From Eledone cirrhosa (lineage: Eukaryota): a stretch of 64,000 nt of DNA. The notes beneath the pieces were generated by a model, which was not told the DNA's origin, did not search any database, and saw only the letters and a program-made list of their open reading frames with translations. Positions 24,731-38,420 of the stretch are shown one piece after another. Position 1 is the stretch's first letter. Each line of letters begins with the position of its first letter. Location: assembly GCA_964016885.1 (NCBI GenBank), contig OZ024740.1, forward strand, positions 209,870,001-209,934,000. Direction: 5' to 3'. The position numbers and the translations under genes are program-made.

Positions 24731-26275
24731 CATTTTGTCTGCGAGATACAGCTGAGATACTATCTAGACTTAGGTGTTGAGTCTGCTATTCTTTCCCCCA
24801 TATTTTCTTTATTTTCGTTATTCTTTTATTTTTATTTTTTTGCAAACTTTACTGAGAGAATGGCTCTACCTTTTTCAAAGACTCTGGTGGGAGAGAGGAT
24901 AGAAGGTATTTATAAACCTATGACCTAACCCAAATGCCTGCACCAGAGTGGACTCTGCTAAGGGCACCCAAGGACCAGATGATAGTGTTAAACCAGGTGA
25001 CAAATTAAGCAGTTTCTGTCTACCAAATTACACTTACAATGCTTAGGTTGACTTGAGTCTATCAAACATTTTATTATATGGTCAAGTAACAATAATGTGG
25101 TGACATTGCTAGAATTTTTGGTACTTTTCTTCCTTCATACTTAATAATTTAGTGGAATAGGCTATATAGCCAATCTCACCAAAAGAGACAAACATGCTTT
25201 TTAAGCTTATTTTACCTGTAAACTGTAAAGGGACGCAACTCTAGCCCCCTTCCACCACGGAAGCTTATTTTACCACCAAATAATAAATAGTGTTTTAGAA
25301 CCCAGGTAGTGACTACTATTTTTAACCCAGGTCATGACTGTTAAAATTCTTAATTTCGAAAATATTTGACTCTACTAAAATTTTTAATTTCGAAAATATT
25401 TAACTCTGCTAAAATTCTTAAACCATGGAACTCAGTAGATGTGTGTGTATGTAACTAAAGCGTAATGTACGTTACAAATGGACTAAACACAAGCAGAATT
25501 ATAATAAGATGATGACTAAATGATTTTAACTTGTTTTTTAACAATTGACGGTGGAAAAGATTTCAAATTGTCTTAACTCGGGCGGCAACTCATGGTGTCT
25601 GACACCAGCTAAATAGCCTGGGAGTCTATTTTACCGTGACCACGGCTACATAGCCTCTTCCTAATTTAAAGGATAAATCTAATCAGCCAAATGTAAAGAA
25701 AAACAAAAACAAAGACATACTCCCAAGATACTCTACAGTGAGATCAAACTGAAGAGCTCATGCTTGCAAAGCATGGAAATCATGTGTAAGTGTATATTGT
25801 AAACACAGTAAGAAATCTGTTCAGTAGACAGTTTATTAAGCAACACCTGTACTTAATAAACTCTGCTGTAAGAAATGAGGTCAGTGGTCAATGTTGTTAC
25901 CAATAGTTGGAGAGGGTGTGGAGTGTTAATGAGAGATATATCAGATGTTTCAGGAGAGGTCAGTTTTAACAGAGAACTACATGACTCCCTACTTACGACA
26001 GGGAAGATATGGGAAGAGAATAAATAAGATGACAGAGGAAGACACAGACACACAAGCATGCATGCACGTACGTACGTATGCATACACACAAATATACACA
26101 CAAACACACATTATAGATGGTGTGAGGGGAGTAGTATTGTAATTACAATAAAGCTGCGGATTTCAGATTTTATTGATAATTGTTAATAAGGAAATTCCTA
26201 TGTAATTAGTTAAAGTCTGGCAGAGGAAATTACATGGTGTGTGTGCATATCTTTCCCTCTCTCTATGTGAGTGTA

Positions 26276-26314
<39 letters not shown>

Positions 26315-26316
<2 letters not shown>

Positions 26317-26750
26317 TCATCATCATCGTTTTATCCGTTCTTCCACTCTAGCATGGGTTAGACGGGTTGTCCTGTTGTGAGCAGTATCCGGACGGCTGAC
26401 CTTGTCTTGCTCATACAGGAACTGATTCTGGCTTGATTTCTACAGCTGGATGCCCTTTCGAACACCAACCTCATTTACACTGAGTGCTGGCTGCTTTTTT
26501 TTCCGTGGCCCCTACACGTCCACTTTACAGTGTGGGCTGGGTGCTTTTTTGCCGTGGCACCTCCACGACCACTTTGCAGTGGAATGATAGGGACCCCAGT
26601 CCTATCATCTCATTTCTACAGCTGCATAAACAGGAGCAATGTGAAATAAAGTGTCTTGCTCAAGGAAACAACACATCACCTGGTCTGAGAATTGAACTCA
26701 CAACTTTTCTATTACAAGCCCAATGCTCTAACCACTAAGCCATGTGCCTT

Positions 26751-26751
<1 letters not shown>
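26315..26751 (-). mobile_element. SINE family 2 (tRNA head, CORE-like domain, RTE-B tail)
   Basis: Head ggcacatggcttagtggttagagca..gagttcaattc; tccttgagcaagacactttatttcac; tail closely matches 36950-37215. Confidence 0.85.
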
Positions 26752-26796
<45 letters not shown>

Positions 26797-27327
26797 TAGA
26801 GAGTATGAATGCTATCAACAAATGGCTTCTTTCTCAGAATGAAGGGTCCAATGAATGATGCCCGTGTGTGGACTACAATGCTACATGGCAATGGGACATG
26901 GGCCTTGACTACAGAAGATTAGAACAAAATGAGGCTAATATACTCCAGTGGAACTAGACACGGATCCGTGGTTTCCCAAGACCGAAGGATGCCAATGAAA
27001 TGATGATGATGATGATGAATGTGTGTGAGTGTGTATGTGCATGATGTATGTTTTGACGTTTATAACAAAACAAGCACACACACTGTAGTAGTTTTATTAA
27101 TAGGGATGTATATGAAAACAAATATATGTTTCTGTAGAATAAACACATGAAAGCTTCAATATCAAAGAAAACATTTTTCCATTATAAAAAAATTATTTTT
27201 CTCTTTTGTTCTGTGAACATGTCACATATATCTCAGTAGCCATTGGGAAAGCTAGACAACTGTTTCAAGATTCATCAACCTCTCATCAGCGACATTCACT
27301 CAACCATTATTTTTTTTACTTATTAAA

Positions 27328-27676
27328 GGGCGGTGGATTGGCAGTATTGGTAGAGGGTCGGATGCCATGCTTTGACGCATAGAGTTACGGCCCTTGCCAT
27401 TCTGAGTTCAAATCCCGCCGAGGTTAACTTTACCTTTCATCCTTACTGGGTCGATAAAATAAAGTACCAGTAATACACTGGGTAATTGCTGGCCTTGTGC
27501 CTAACGTAGAAACAATTATTTTTTTTACTTATGCATAGAGTTACAGCCCTTGCCATTCTGAGTTCAAATCGCGCCGAGGTTAACTTTGCCTTTCATCCTT
27601 TATGGGGTCGATAAAATAAAGTACCAGTAATGTACTGGGTAATTGCTGGCCTTGTGCCAAAAGTAGAAACAATTAT
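27328..27676 (+). mobile_element. SINE family 1: full copy plus a truncated tandem copy
   Basis: Consensus match; ttattttttttacttat flanks the first copy on both sides. Confidence 0.85.
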
Positions 27677-28379
27677 TGAGATGAAAATGGACTCGAGTCT
27701 GTATAAATTTTGTGTATTGAACATTTACTGAGGATACTAATTTACATATAGCAAAATATAAAGGATACTCATTTACATATAGAAAATATAAATGTTCATT
27801 TGCCTAAATGAATATAATATAAATGTTCAGTTGCATATAGGGCAAACTTGGCAGGTTATAATTAATTGGCACTAGCTACTATTAATTTTATTACTACTAC
27901 TACTAGTTTTATTATACATACAATGACATTACATATGTTGGGCTTGGGAATCATCAACTGAATCAAAGTTAACCTTAGCAGTATATCAAGTAATGTATTT
28001 AATGTATTTAATCTCTCTATATTCGGAGTTCAAATTTAGGTGAGGACAACTGGAAAAACTGAGACAAGTGGAGAGATGCTGCACTGGAGAAGACTTGTTA
28101 AACCCAAGCAAGCATGGAAAAACAGGTGTAAAAACCATGTTGGTGATGGTGGCAATGATGATGATGGTGTGATGGTGATGATGATAGTGGTGGTGGTGGT
28201 GAAGATGATGATGGTGGTGGTGAAGATGGTGGTGGTGTATGATGATGATGATGATGGCAGTGGTGAATGATGGTGATGATAATAAAACAAATACCAGTCA
28301 TGTACCAGGGTTTATTTAATCAGCTATCTCCACACCCTCAAATACATGGGTGTGTATTCTATGTTAGACTTCACTAAGT

Positions 28380-29190
28380 GCATGTACACCTGCACAAACC
28401 TATTACACACACGTGTGCACAGACACATCTAACACACAGACATGTGTGCTTAGACACATATGAGTGCATACACATACATAAACCTATTAGTTTTATAACA
28501 CACACATACATACGTTTGCACCCACACAAATCTTTTAGTTTTATAACACACATGTATACACAGACACACATACATGTGCATACACACACATAAACCTATT
28601 TATTTTATAACCCTCAACGACCTAACATACACACACACAGAGTTTTAAATCATAAATACATACACACCTGTTAGTTGTGTAACACCTCCACAATACACTC
28701 CTTTTCAATAGATACATTTAAGGTCCTGTGTGTATGTTAGAAACCATCACACACACACACACTTATTAGTTGTATAATACACACCTTTTAGTTTTATAAC
28801 ACACACACACACCTATATAATACATATTCATACACACTTACTAGTTTTATAACACACACACACGCACACATTTTATATCATATACACACATACATTTTAT
28901 ATCATATATTCACACACACCTAAATTGTATAACAAACACACACACACACCTATAGGTTGTATAATACACACCCATACACATCAGTTTTATAACACACACA
29001 CACACACTAGTTTTACATCACACAGACACCAATAAGTTGTATAACACACACTCATACACAACTATTAGTTTTATATTACACAGACATTAATTTGTATAAT
29101 ACACACAGATACACAAAAACACACACACTTACACACAACCACACACAGATACACACTAACCAATTAGTTTGTATAATACACACACATAGA
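28380..29190. repeat. Degenerate CA-rich minisatellite (ttagttttataacacaca.. units)
   Basis: Recurrent tagtt(t/g)tataa followed by (CA)n. Confidence 0.7.
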
Positions 29191-29492
29191 ACTGCACCTG
29201 TCATATTCAGTTGTTCAATTGATCCATTCTCTAATATGCTCACCATACAAGTAAATAACATTGAGGTTGTAGTTGGACTGCTAAGCCAGTGTTAGGCCAA
29301 CCCAGTTGTCTGGTAAATATAACATTCCATAAAGCTATTGATCTGTGATATATGGTGGCACTTGTAACATCATTAAGTTGTAGTTCATATTGCCAACATC
29401 TCTAGGAGGAAACTTTCATGCATCACAATAGTTTAATGTTTTACTTTAATCTCTTCTATATACACATATGACATTTACAACATATATATATA

Positions 29493-29813
29493 GGCACCTC
29501 TTAACCCAATATACACCCCCACACACCCTACTCCATCTTCCCATGTCCATCCACTGTAAAGTGGTCGTGTCAGTGACATGACAAAAAGCACCCAGTCCAC
29601 ACTGTAAAGTGGTCGTGTAGGAGACATGGTAAGAAGGCTCCCAGTCCACACTGTAAATGTAGTTGTTGTTAGGAAGGACATCCAGTCGTAGAAAACCTGC
29701 CAGGGACAGTTCTGTACAAGCGAGACACGGTCTCCCAACCAATCTCACCTCAAGTGGACAAAACCGTCCAACCCTTGCTAGCGTGGAAGATGGACGTTAA
29801 ACGATGATGGTGA
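29493..29813 (+). mobile_element. RTE family A 3'UTR fragment
   Basis: Similar to 11474-11820. Confidence 0.75.
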
Positions 29814-29815
29814 GG

Positions 29816-29853
<38 letters not shown>

Positions 29854-29855
29854 GG

Positions 29856-30043
29856 GAAAACTCATTGCTAGAACAGCTGTTAAAATAGCTAAATGCTGTC
29901 AAAGACAGCAATAGGCAAAAATGTCAGAGGACAGAGACCAATGGTCAGAGAGACATCTGTCTGTCACCCACTTTGTGGATTGTCTCTGAGGCATTTTTGC
30001 CCGCATTTAGCTGTTTTAACAGCTATTCTAGTGATGAGTTTTC
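29856..30043. mobile_element. MITE-like element with ~45-bp imperfect inverted repeats
   Basis: gaaaactcattgctagaacagctgttaaaatagctaaatgc / gcatttagctgttttaacagctattctagtgatgagttttc. Confidence 0.6.
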
Positions 30044-31505
30044 TAATTTTTTTTATGTATTCAAATACACTCTTGCTTCATCTCGATCAGAGACAATATA
30101 TATATAATATATATAATGTAAGTAAATGGATCATCGTTGGTTTCAATGATGAGTATTTCAGTTGTATCTTCCTAATAACTGAACTACATATCCATTGAAT
30201 TATAGTGAAAGTTGCTGAGTATTCTACAAAACTGTCTGAAATAACTCTTGGTTCTACAATATAAAACTTTTGTTTTAAAGTGATCATTATCATCACAGTT
30301 TAATATCTATTTTCCATGCTTGCATGGGTTAGATGGGTTGTAATTCTGTGGCTAGGCAGATTAGGTGACCATGTCTTGCTCATACATTCCATTTACAACA
30401 TATACTAGAAGCAATTTTCATGGCACCAGCGCTATCTACCTTACAGGAGTATAACAGTAGCAACAACTGCATTTGTTAGATTGATATTTGTAGAGACAGA
30501 TTAACTTAGTGGATAACATTTATCTAAAAATCTTCCATCATAATTTTATATATATATAAAAACCCTTTACATTATATTTCAAATACCATCTTAATAATGA
30601 GAAAAATTGTTATATTACTAAATCTATCCATATTCTTGATTTTTTTCAAAATTATTTGAAAATCATAGTCAGTGTCTTTCATTAGAAATATGGTAATGAA
30701 AGGGTTAATGAAATAGGCAGTATCTTTCATTAGAAATATGGTAATAAAATGGTTAAAAACATAGTCAGTGTCTTTCATTAGAAGTATGGTAATAAAAGGG
30801 TTAATGTAATTTTTATGCAGAATCAACGTGACATATTGTGTGAAACATAAATGATGCTGTACTAACTGATAAATCAGACTGCAGGCTCAGTTTACAAATA
30901 ATTTACTTCCGCAGTTATATGAAAATGACAGAAAAATCCTAGCCTATTAGATAGGATATTTATTTTATGTATCATTACAGAAATACCTTCCTGATAGGAA
31001 ACACTTTATAAACATAATAGGATATGCAATCTAACCCTGGTTTTTGTAATGTTGTATATATAATGGTTTCTGATTAAGCTCAAGGCCGGCAATTTTGAGA
31101 GGAGGGGAAAGTTATTTAAATCAACCCCAGTGCATTATTGGTACTTTATTTTATTGACCCCGTAAAGATGAAAGGAAAAGCTAACCTCGGCAGGATTTGA
31201 ACTCAAAAAAGTAAAATATTGTATGAATAAGGAACCATTGTGATATTCATCTCTTAGTAAGTTCACCTAAGTAAGTTCACCTAAGAAGCATTTAGGAAAT
31301 GTGTGTACCTCAATGCAAATGACGATAATAATAGTTGATCACAAAAATAATAGTTAAGAAAATCGGGTATCCATGGAGACAAAAAAGTGAACAGAGTCAC
31401 ATGGTGCATCTGACCTCTGTTCACTTATTTCCATCTCCATTGGGACACACATTTATCTTGTTAACTCGATAACATCTATTATTAATAATTCCTGATAGAA
31501 GCCTG

Positions 31506-31566
<61 letters not shown>

Positions 31567-31647
31567 GTGACAGCCTCTGATAATGATTCAATTGTGTTCA
31601 TCTGCTGTTGAGCAGCTGCAGCTTCGGTTATACTCATCATTATTATT

Positions 31648-31833
31648 AGGTGAATTGGCAGTATCGGTAGAGGGTTGGACGCCATGCTTTCTAGCATAGT
31701 TACGTCCCTTTACAGTCTGAGTTCAAATCCTGCCGAGGTCAACTTTGCCTTTCATCCTTACGGGGTCGATAAAATAAAGTACCAGTAATGTACTGGGTAA
31801 TTGCTGGCCTTGTGCCAAAAGTAGAAACAATTA
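31648..31833 (+). mobile_element. SINE family 1 copy
   Basis: Consensus match. Confidence 0.85.
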
Positions 31834-32004
31834 TATATATATATATAATATATATATACACACGTTCTTTTATTATTTTATTGGTTTCAGTCATCAGACT
31901 GCAGCCATATTAAGGAGTTAGCCAAGGTGATGCCCCAACATGGCCACAGTCTGATGAAGTGCCAACGGATTATGGAGAAAAGTGGTAAAGGAGTTTGCTC
32001 CATA

Positions 32005-32290
32005 AATAGTTGGCACCTTGGGCAAGTGTCTTCTACTATAGCCCCAGGTTGACCAATTTCTTGTGAGAGGAATTTGGTAAACAGAAATGTCCAAAACATG
32101 GTGTATATATAGATGAGTGTGTGTGTGTGCACATGTCCAAATCTGTGTTTAAGTTTGTGTCTGTCTGTGTTTACATTAGCAGTTCAACAAAGAGATTAAT
32201 AAAATAAGCACTAGACTTTAAAAATATATATACTAGATTTATATCAATGCAGTGCCCCAGCATGGCCACAAACTACTGACTGAAACAAAT
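32005..32290 (+). mobile_element. Degenerate CORE-type SINE (third family)
   Basis: ccttgggcaagtgtcttctactatagcc...gtgccccagcatggcc...tgactgaaac; related tail at ~650-690(-). Confidence 0.55.
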
Positions 32291-32639
32291 TACAGAATAA
32301 AGTAATATATATATATATATATATACAATGATATTAAATAAATGGAAACTATATTTATAAAACCATATTTATTCTATTATATATATTTCAAATAAATATG
32401 GTTTTACAGAATAAATATGGTTTTATAAATATAGTTTCCATTTATTTAGTATCATTGTATATTATACTCCAGAAAACTGTTGAGTGCTCTGAATCAGTTA
32501 TAAACATTTATATTTGTTGAATTACCAACAAATTGAATATCCCTTCTGCTTATATATATATGTATAAATATATATATATATGTATATATGTATGTGTGTA
32601 TGTATGTGTGTGTGCGTGTGTCCATGGCTTAACAAAAAG

Positions 32640-32790
32640 AGATAGCTCTTCCGGCGCATCTCCCTTACCATCCTCCGAGAAAACGCCTTCTCCATTCTGT
32701 CCACCAGGGCCATGGGGTGGCCAGCACATGGGACCCATTTGCTTACCATACAGAGAGATGGGGAGGGCGAGAGAGATGGAGGCGATGACA
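32640..32790 (+). mobile_element. CRE-like (RLE) retrotransposon 3' remnant
   Basis: *LFRRISLTILRENAFSILST resembles the CRE-clade terminal motif (L.QR.S.AI.RGNA..VL). Confidence 0.55.
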
Positions 32791-33120
32791 GTGGGAGTTC
32801 GGCTCTTCCGTGTTCAGACACATTTATCAGACTGTAGGTTTTATGTACTTGCTTTAATGTAGACAAGGAAATAGACTTATTATTTGTCATCATCAGACTT
32901 GAAGAAAAATACATGTTGTGGTTGATATGAGTGACTAAATCCCTTCATGACCCTTGACAACAGTTTAATGATAGAAATAAGTAAAAGAATAGAGGAATAT
33001 TGATAATTTAGATATAAGGACTAACAATCTAATAAATAAAGACATGAAACAGATTCAATGACACATTAAAACTGGGTCACAGATTTGGATAATATGAGCA
33101 ATCACTATAACACTCAAAGC

Positions 33121-33162
33121 ACTCACCTGGAAAATATAAAACTAAAACAAAAAAATAATAAA
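33121..33162 (-). promoter_or_regulatory. Candidate recursive splice site (acceptor directly joined to donor)
   Basis: Minus strand: ttttattatttttttgttttagttttatattttcCAG|GTGAGT. Confidence 0.45.
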
Positions 33163-33444
33163 AGACCCATCCTGTTTCAATAGGATACCTTACATTCTAT
33201 ATAGCTATTCCCACAATATGAATGAATGTCACCTATTAAATATGTCTACTATTATAAGCAAAATAGGAAATTACTTGAAAGGTAGTTATTAAATGGTGCA
33301 TCCTACTTATTCATATTCTGCTCTTTGTGTTTGGTTTTCTTTTATGTGTTCTTTTTGTAGATTTCTTTATAAGTGTGCCTCTATAGAACAAAGCCAGGTG
33401 GGAACATTTTATAGTGGAACCATTTGGACAATTTTTATTATACG

Positions 33445-33480
<36 letters not shown>

Positions 33481-33665
33481 TGAAAACAGGGAGAAAAAGA
33501 CGATTATTAGGAAGAAAAATATTTTTTTTTCCTTTTTTATTTCTTTCTCTCTTTTTTTCTGGGTTAGAAAATGATTAAAACGAAATATTTTACTTTGTGT
33601 GAAGTGTTAAGGTTTATTTATTAATTGATTTATTTATTAATTAACAATGGCATTGATTTATTTAT

Positions 33666-34152
33666 ATAAACTCCGAGCTCACACACTTACACCTCTCCAA
33701 GACAATGTCACTGGACCGAGACCTTTGGCGGTACTCAGTAATAGAGAAGACCCGCCTTACCTAAATACATAGTAAAATCTACTACAGTCAGTAGGCATCT
33801 CTAACAAAATACACCCCCGTCCCACCACCCCCACCCCATCCACACCGCCCCCTTCTATGTAAAGTTATGTTGGTGCCACACCATCCAGGCCGAAACAAAT
33901 GAGATCGTGTAGGTGTCACGACAAAAAAACACACAGTCCACGCTGTAATGTGGCCGTGTAGGCAACACGGTAAAAACCTCCCAGACCCACACTGTAAATG
34001 TGGTTGGTGTTAGGAAGGGCATCCAACTGTAGAAAACCTGCCAGACAGTCCTATGCGAGCAAGACAATCACTCTTGCCTCAAGTGGGACTACCCCCGTCC
34101 AAACCCATGCAAGCGTGGAACACGGACGTTAAACGTTGATGATGATGATGAT
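33666..34152 (+). mobile_element. RTE family A 3' fragment
   Basis: Matches 11345-11833, including the (ATG)n tail. Confidence 0.88.
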
Positions 34153-34334
34153 ATAATTAATAAATAATTGTCTATTATCGGTTTCAGCATTTTTATGCAT
34201 TATCAAATGATAGTGATATGTAGTGGTGTAGAATGGTGGTGTTGGACATGTTAAAGAAATGGTGCAGAAAGAATGTTATTTACAAACAAGGTTTATGAAG
34301 TGAAAAGAAAAAAGAAAAATACAAACCTTAATTA

Positions 34335-34628
34335 GTAAGAAAAAAAAAAAGTGGGAATAAAAGGAAAGAAAGAAGAAAAGGAACTGGAAAGGGGGAGGAT
34401 GGCAAGAGCTCTGGTGTTGTAGAAGAGAGAGGAGGGGTGAAGAGGAGGGTTATTGGGCTTTGGGCCTAGGGCAAGGGGGCAGGAGTGCCGCGCCCCATGG
34501 ACAAGACGGCAAAAGCATTCCCCGGATGATGGCCAGTGACACCCGCTGCAACAGCTGCCCAATCTCGCGGAACTCCCTCCTCAGACGGGCCACCGACGCT
34601 CCGATCTTGCAGAGGAGCTCGGCAGTGA
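34335..34628 (-). mobile_element. CRE-like (RLE) retrotransposon 3' remnant
   Basis: Minus strand TAELLCKIGASVARLRREFREIGQLLQRVSLAIIRG/NAFAVL (1-bp frameshift) plus a pyrimidine-rich 3'UTR. Confidence 0.7.
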
Positions 34629-34648
34629 AATATATTCAAATTTTAAGC

Positions 34649-35134
34649 TACCGTATTTTTCAGTGTATAACACATTTTTTTACACCAGAATTTGATGTCA
34701 AAATTTACCTGTGTCCTATCATTGTCACCCCTGTTTAATATCTACGTATTTTTCTTGCTTCAATGGGTTAGACAGGCTGTCACATTATGGGATCTGATAG
34801 GTCAGGTAGTTATGTCTTGCTCATACATTCTATTTGTGGTTTGATTTTCTATGGCTGGATGCCCTTCTCAACATCAACCCCTTCAAAGCATGTTCTGGGT
34901 GCATGTTATTGTGGCACCAGCACAACCTACTTACAGGGTGGACTTGGTGCTTTGTGACATAGCACCAGCACTACCTCTTTACTGAATGTACTGGGTGCTT
35001 TTTGTCATAATACTGGAATGTCTACCTTACAGGGTGGTCTAGGTACTAAAAATCTTAAATACTACTATAACTTTTTGCCCAAAAATATTTTTCTTCAAAA
35101 TAAGGATACATCTTATATCCACCAAAATATGGTC
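34649..35134. mobile_element. Tc1/mariner (pogo-like) MITE interrupted by an RTE/SINE tail (~34720-35045)
   Basis: taccgtattttt...aaaatatggt termini; internal ggctggatgcccttc tail on the minus strand. Confidence 0.45.
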
Positions 35135-36635
35135 ATCCTTTTACAAATTACTTGATTTATATAGTTGGTGCTTTTCTCTCCTTACCACAGTGATAAACTG
35201 ATAACCTTGGATATGATGCTGTTCTCTATCAGGGTTACTGTTCTGGCTGAAGGAATCAAACTTACTAGTACATGTTAATGAAACACTTATCAATACAATA
35301 CTGTCTTTACCTTTTTATAACAACCTGCTTGTAATTGCCCCGTTGAGAGTGTCTCTACATGGTTGCTGAATCTACTGGGAATAACAGCTAAATCTCACTC
35401 AAATCACATCATACTGTCTTAACCTTCTTACACCAACCAGCCTAAAACTGCCCCAGAATCTGTAATACAAAACTAACTGTTTGAAAATGTTTATATTATT
35501 TATATTAATCCCTTACACACAATTTTATGTCAGAACCTTTTGTTAAATAGCAAGTTCATAATGAAACAGTTATTTTATTAAGTTGCTCAATTTAAAAAAA
35601 AATTATTTTCAATATTAATTGAAACACATTATCAGAGTATTTCTTTAGAAATATGATAACAAATGGGTTAAGGACATACACATTGGATAACATAGATTCT
35701 GATACAGAATGTTCAAGAAAAGACAGGATAATCATAGTTCTATTGGATCATGACTGAGCTGAGACTAAATAACAATAATTTACATCTACTTCAGCTTAGG
35801 TATTCTAAATTAAATATCTTGACCATAGATACAGTATGGTGCCAGTAATAAGATCTGAACTGATGACCTTTCAGTTAGTTATGCAGTACCATATTAACTT
35901 TGTTTCTCCTTTCCACTCCAGTATAGGTACTTGACTTCAGAAAAGTGTCCAGTTCAGATGGTCATGACTAACTCTACTGAAACAAGCTCTGTTACTCACA
36001 CTTAACCCTTTTTGTTATATCTCTAATGAAGTACACTGTATCTGAATAAATTAATGAAAAATTTGGAGGGATTTACTAAAAATGATTAATTATTTTATTA
36101 AGATGGTATTTGTAAGACAACTTAACAAAAGGTTCTTATATCAAATTATGTTGGAAGGTTTTAATTTAAAGAGGAACCTATCAAAATTGGTAGCTTTGTT
36201 TCATAGAACCAGAGGCAGATTTGGGCAAGTTGGTATCAAAAGGGTTCAAATAACTTACAGATGCCTAAAGGTAAATATTTAGATTGCTGTGCAACAGGGG
36301 TGGGGATATTTTAATAAGACAGCTTAGTAAACTGATTAATGTACAAATAATTCACCACCAAATTTAATCATGAACATTCTAAGGATTGGTAATGAAATTT
36401 TAGGACATTCTGTAAATATAACAATATATATATGTAGATTAAAATGAGGTAGGGAAGGGGGAGAGGATGTGTAAGCATGGGCCCAGACATGCAAAATTGT
36501 GTACACACCCACACACACACACAATTTACATGCTGGAATCAAATGGATGGTTGCTACAGTTCAAGTTCTTATTTGGAGGAGTTGCCATCCTAGATAGGGC
36601 AGAAGACCACACCTCATGCACATGTTTATATGTAA

Positions 36636-36673
<38 letters not shown>

Positions 36674-36692
36674 GTGTGTGTGTATATATATA

Positions 36693-36767
<75 letters not shown>

Positions 36768-36824
36768 ATATATATATATGTGTGTGTGTATATATATATG
36801 TGTGTGTATATATATATATGTGTG

Positions 36825-36861
<37 letters not shown>

Positions 36862-36949
36862 ATAAACAGAAGCCTTTATATGACTAGTAATAGCAAAGAA
36901 GAGAGTACTAGTACTAAGTTTAATATTCCAAGTTTTGTATTGGAAATAT

Positions 36950-38420
36950 ATCATCATCATCATCATCATCACCGTTTTACGTCCGTTCTTCCACGCTAGC
37001 ATGGGTTAGACGGGTTGTCCTGTTGTGGGCAGTGTCTGGTCGGCTGACCATGCCTTGCTCATACAGGAACTGATCTGGCTTGATTTCTACAGCTGGATGC
37101 CCTTCCTAACACCAACCTCATTTACAGTGAGTGCTGGGTGCTTTTTCGTGGCGCCTACACGTCCACTTTACAGTGTGGGCTGGGTGCTTTTTTGCCGTGG
37201 CACCTCCACGACCACCTTGCGGTGGGGGGGGGGGGGCATATTGTTTATATGCTTCAGCATGTACCCATGGGAGGTCGGGTACCCTGTATTACTGCGTGAC
37301 GCCAGAAGTCACGGTCGTGTGTCATTGACTTTGAGAGGTGTAGTTGGGTAAGGTCGGCTTTTATCACCTCATCCCAAGTCATCTTGGGTCTCCCCACTCC
37401 GCGGTTTCCATCAACTTCTAGTGCTCTGCACCTTTTTATGCAGCTGTCATCCTTCATACGCATCACATGTCCATACCAGCGTAACCGCCTCTCCTGCACG
37501 CAGCATTTGATTCCTCTTATGCTCAGTCTCTCTCTCAATTCATTTATGCTTTGTCGTTCACGTATATTACTGTTACACATCCATCGGAGCATGCAGGCTT
37601 CGTTTCTCTCTAATCTACGTAGGTCTTCCACCTTCAGCGCCCAGGTCTCACTACCATGCAACATCGCTGTTCGGATACACGCATCATACAGTCTGCCTTT
37701 CATTCTGAGGGAGAAGCCTTTTGCAGCTAGCAGTGGTAGTAGTTCCCTAAACTTCTTCCATCCCGTTCTTACCCTAGTTATTGTACTTTCTGAGCACCCA
37801 CCTCCGTTGCTAATTCGGTCACCTAGGTAGCAGAAGCTGTCTACTGTTTCTACAGGGCCCTCCCAGAGATTGGTGGTACTTGTTTCCTGTGGCTGTTTGC
37901 TTGCTGTTTCAGCACAGCTGCTGCATGTGAATCCTACATTCTTAATTAAGCTTCCTGAGATCCCGCTACATCTCTTGTGTACCCATTGTTTGCATTTGGG
38001 GCAAAGAATGGAGTTCCTACCTACACCTTTCCTACATACTGAGCAAGGCCATTTCCCTGAGGGGATCTGGGTTCTGTTTTCTCGTCTACTTATAAGGACC
38101 TTAGTCTTTGTCATGTTGACTTTGAGGCCCTTTCTCTCTAGTCCCTGCTTCCAGGTTTGGAATTTATTCTCTAGTTCTACCATAGATTCAGCTATGAGTG
38201 CGAGGTCATCAGCATACAGGAGTTCCCATGGGCATCCGGTCTTAAACTCCTCCGTTATTGCCTGCAGGACTATGATGAACAGGAGAGGGCTAAGAACAGA
38301 GCCCTGGTGGACCCCAACCTGTACGCTAAATTCCTCGCTATACTCATTGCCAATCCTAACTTTGCTGACTGCTCCCCTATACATGGCTTGTACCGCTTTC
38401 ACAAGCCATTCATCTACTCC
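36950..38420 (-). mobile_element. 5'-truncated RTE-clade LINE, family B; uninterrupted ORF 37254-38402, 3'UTR and (ATG)n tail
   Basis: GVHQGSVLSP, LLYADD, CSVC..CPKC..WVHKRC, FCYLG, ERRLRWYGHV, GRPKMTW. Confidence 0.95.

Noticed and set aside
28036-28301. His/Pro/Thr-rich ORFs
   Set aside because: Degenerate (GAT/GGT)n tail of an RTE/SINE remnant
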